From contig CM097885.1 in assembly GCA_044892525.1 (NCBI GenBank), forward strand, positions 186,434,001 through 186,498,000: a stretch of 64,000 bases of DNA, read 5' to 3'. The notes beneath the pieces are model-generated. The model searched no databases, had not been told where the DNA came from, and worked only from the letters and a program-made list of their open reading frames with translations. The position numbers and the translations under genes were made by a program. The DNA comes from Schmidtea polychroa (Eukaryota). This document shows, one piece after another, positions 62,912-64,000 of the stretch. The first letter of the stretch is position 1. Every line of letters begins with the position of its first letter.

Positions 62912-64000
62912 GAAGCTAATATGGCTGACGTAATCCAAGAAAATCTCCGACAACGAACCTCCATCGCAGAAACAGTCAGACCGTCCACAAGTCGCCGAAT
63001 ATACTACAACATCGAAACCCAACAACCAAATCACCCATCATCAACGGCAACTGAACAACAAACATAACATTTCGAACTATAACTATTGACAAAATTTTCA
63101 CTGTTTTATTATCTTCTGATGAAACCGGTCACCTTAAGTGGCCACTGCTTGCTTATATTTGTCATTTTCTCTGTTTAATTAAAGTATTTTTTGTTGTTAA
63201 TTTGATTTTATGTTTGTGTAGATTTTGATTGAGAAATTATAGGTTATACCGAAAGAAGGTATGATCCAAATGTATGATATTATGTGAATTGCGGGACGCA
63301 ATTTTAACGGGCCCCGGAGTGATTTGTTGGGCTAAACTTCGAGAGTGTCGAAAATCGGGCTAAGAACGAATAAATAGGATAAAACAAATTTTCAATAAAA
63401 TCACGAGAAATATAAAAATAACTAAAGCAGATAACAATAAAAGAAATAAGAATATAAAAGAAATAAAAATAACTAATAAAACAATAGAATGCATAAGGCG
63501 AAATAAGGTGAAATTACCCAACACACATGGTAGGAAAAGGAAAAAACATAAAATAACAAAAAACGTAAGAAATAAACGAGAAATTTAAGAAAATAAAATA
63601 GAAATCCTCAAATAAATGTATAGGCGAATTAAAACAAAAATTGTATTACGATAAAATGACAATAAACGCGCAGGAAAAACGGGAGGAAAATAATAAAAAA
63701 AAAGAAGGAGATAAAAACCTTGAAAAGAGAAATAAGACACTTGACAGACAAGGTCCAGGAGAAAGATAGACAACTAGAAATGTTGCCGGAACTCCGACAT
63801 AGAGTCATTAAAGCGGAGTCTAAATTAATGCGAATCCGGGAGAAAAACCCTAAAAAGAAACGACAAAATTAAAACCGACAAAAAGCGATGTATATAAATG
63901 TGTATAAAATTACTAAATGTATATCAGTAGTATGAAAAACAAACCGATCATAATAATTCTGATGATGGCAATAATCCTTGATCTGACAAGGCGACAACCC

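Larger units (their letters stand above)
49607..64000 (+). repeat. Tandem array of 1524-bp units (more than 9.4 copies) with a 3048-bp A/B higher-order structure
   Basis: Units begin tgttgggctaaac at 49607, 51132, 52657, 54181, 55705, 57229, 58753, 60277, 61801 and 63325. They are near-identical and the array runs off the window. Confidence 0.98.

Overview
AT-rich eukaryotic (probably invertebrate) DNA made almost entirely of transposable elements and repeats. I found no host gene, RNA gene or CRISPR array that I can support. The left half is a four-level nest. A hAT (SPIN/Charlie-type) element at about 6784-30188 contains a Polinton/Maverick (8271-29848; AGTAGT termini, TATACA target duplication). 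Its DNA polymerase gene is interrupted by a large Ty3/Gypsy LTR element (11862-27556), whose 3' LTR carries a Tc1/IS630 element (26256-27487). The Gypsy element is decayed but unusual. Its reading frame runs Gag (4 CCHC knuckles), two ubiquitin-like domains, a chuvirus-type glycoprotein placed before and fused to the protease, then RT, RNase H and integrase, then a signal-FN3-like-TM module. Two extra ORFs follow, one containing a catalytically dead DEDDh exonuclease-like domain. The middle holds relics of Tc1, Polinton, LINE, Penelope, piggyBac and Gypsy elements, microsatellites and an N gap. From 49607 to the window end lies a near-perfect 1524-bp tandem array with LTR-like ends. Each unit encodes a type I membrane protein, and the units strictly alternate between a full-length allele and a tail-truncated allele (3048-bp higher-order dimer). 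All protein-family assignments come from motif recognition by eye, not from database searches.
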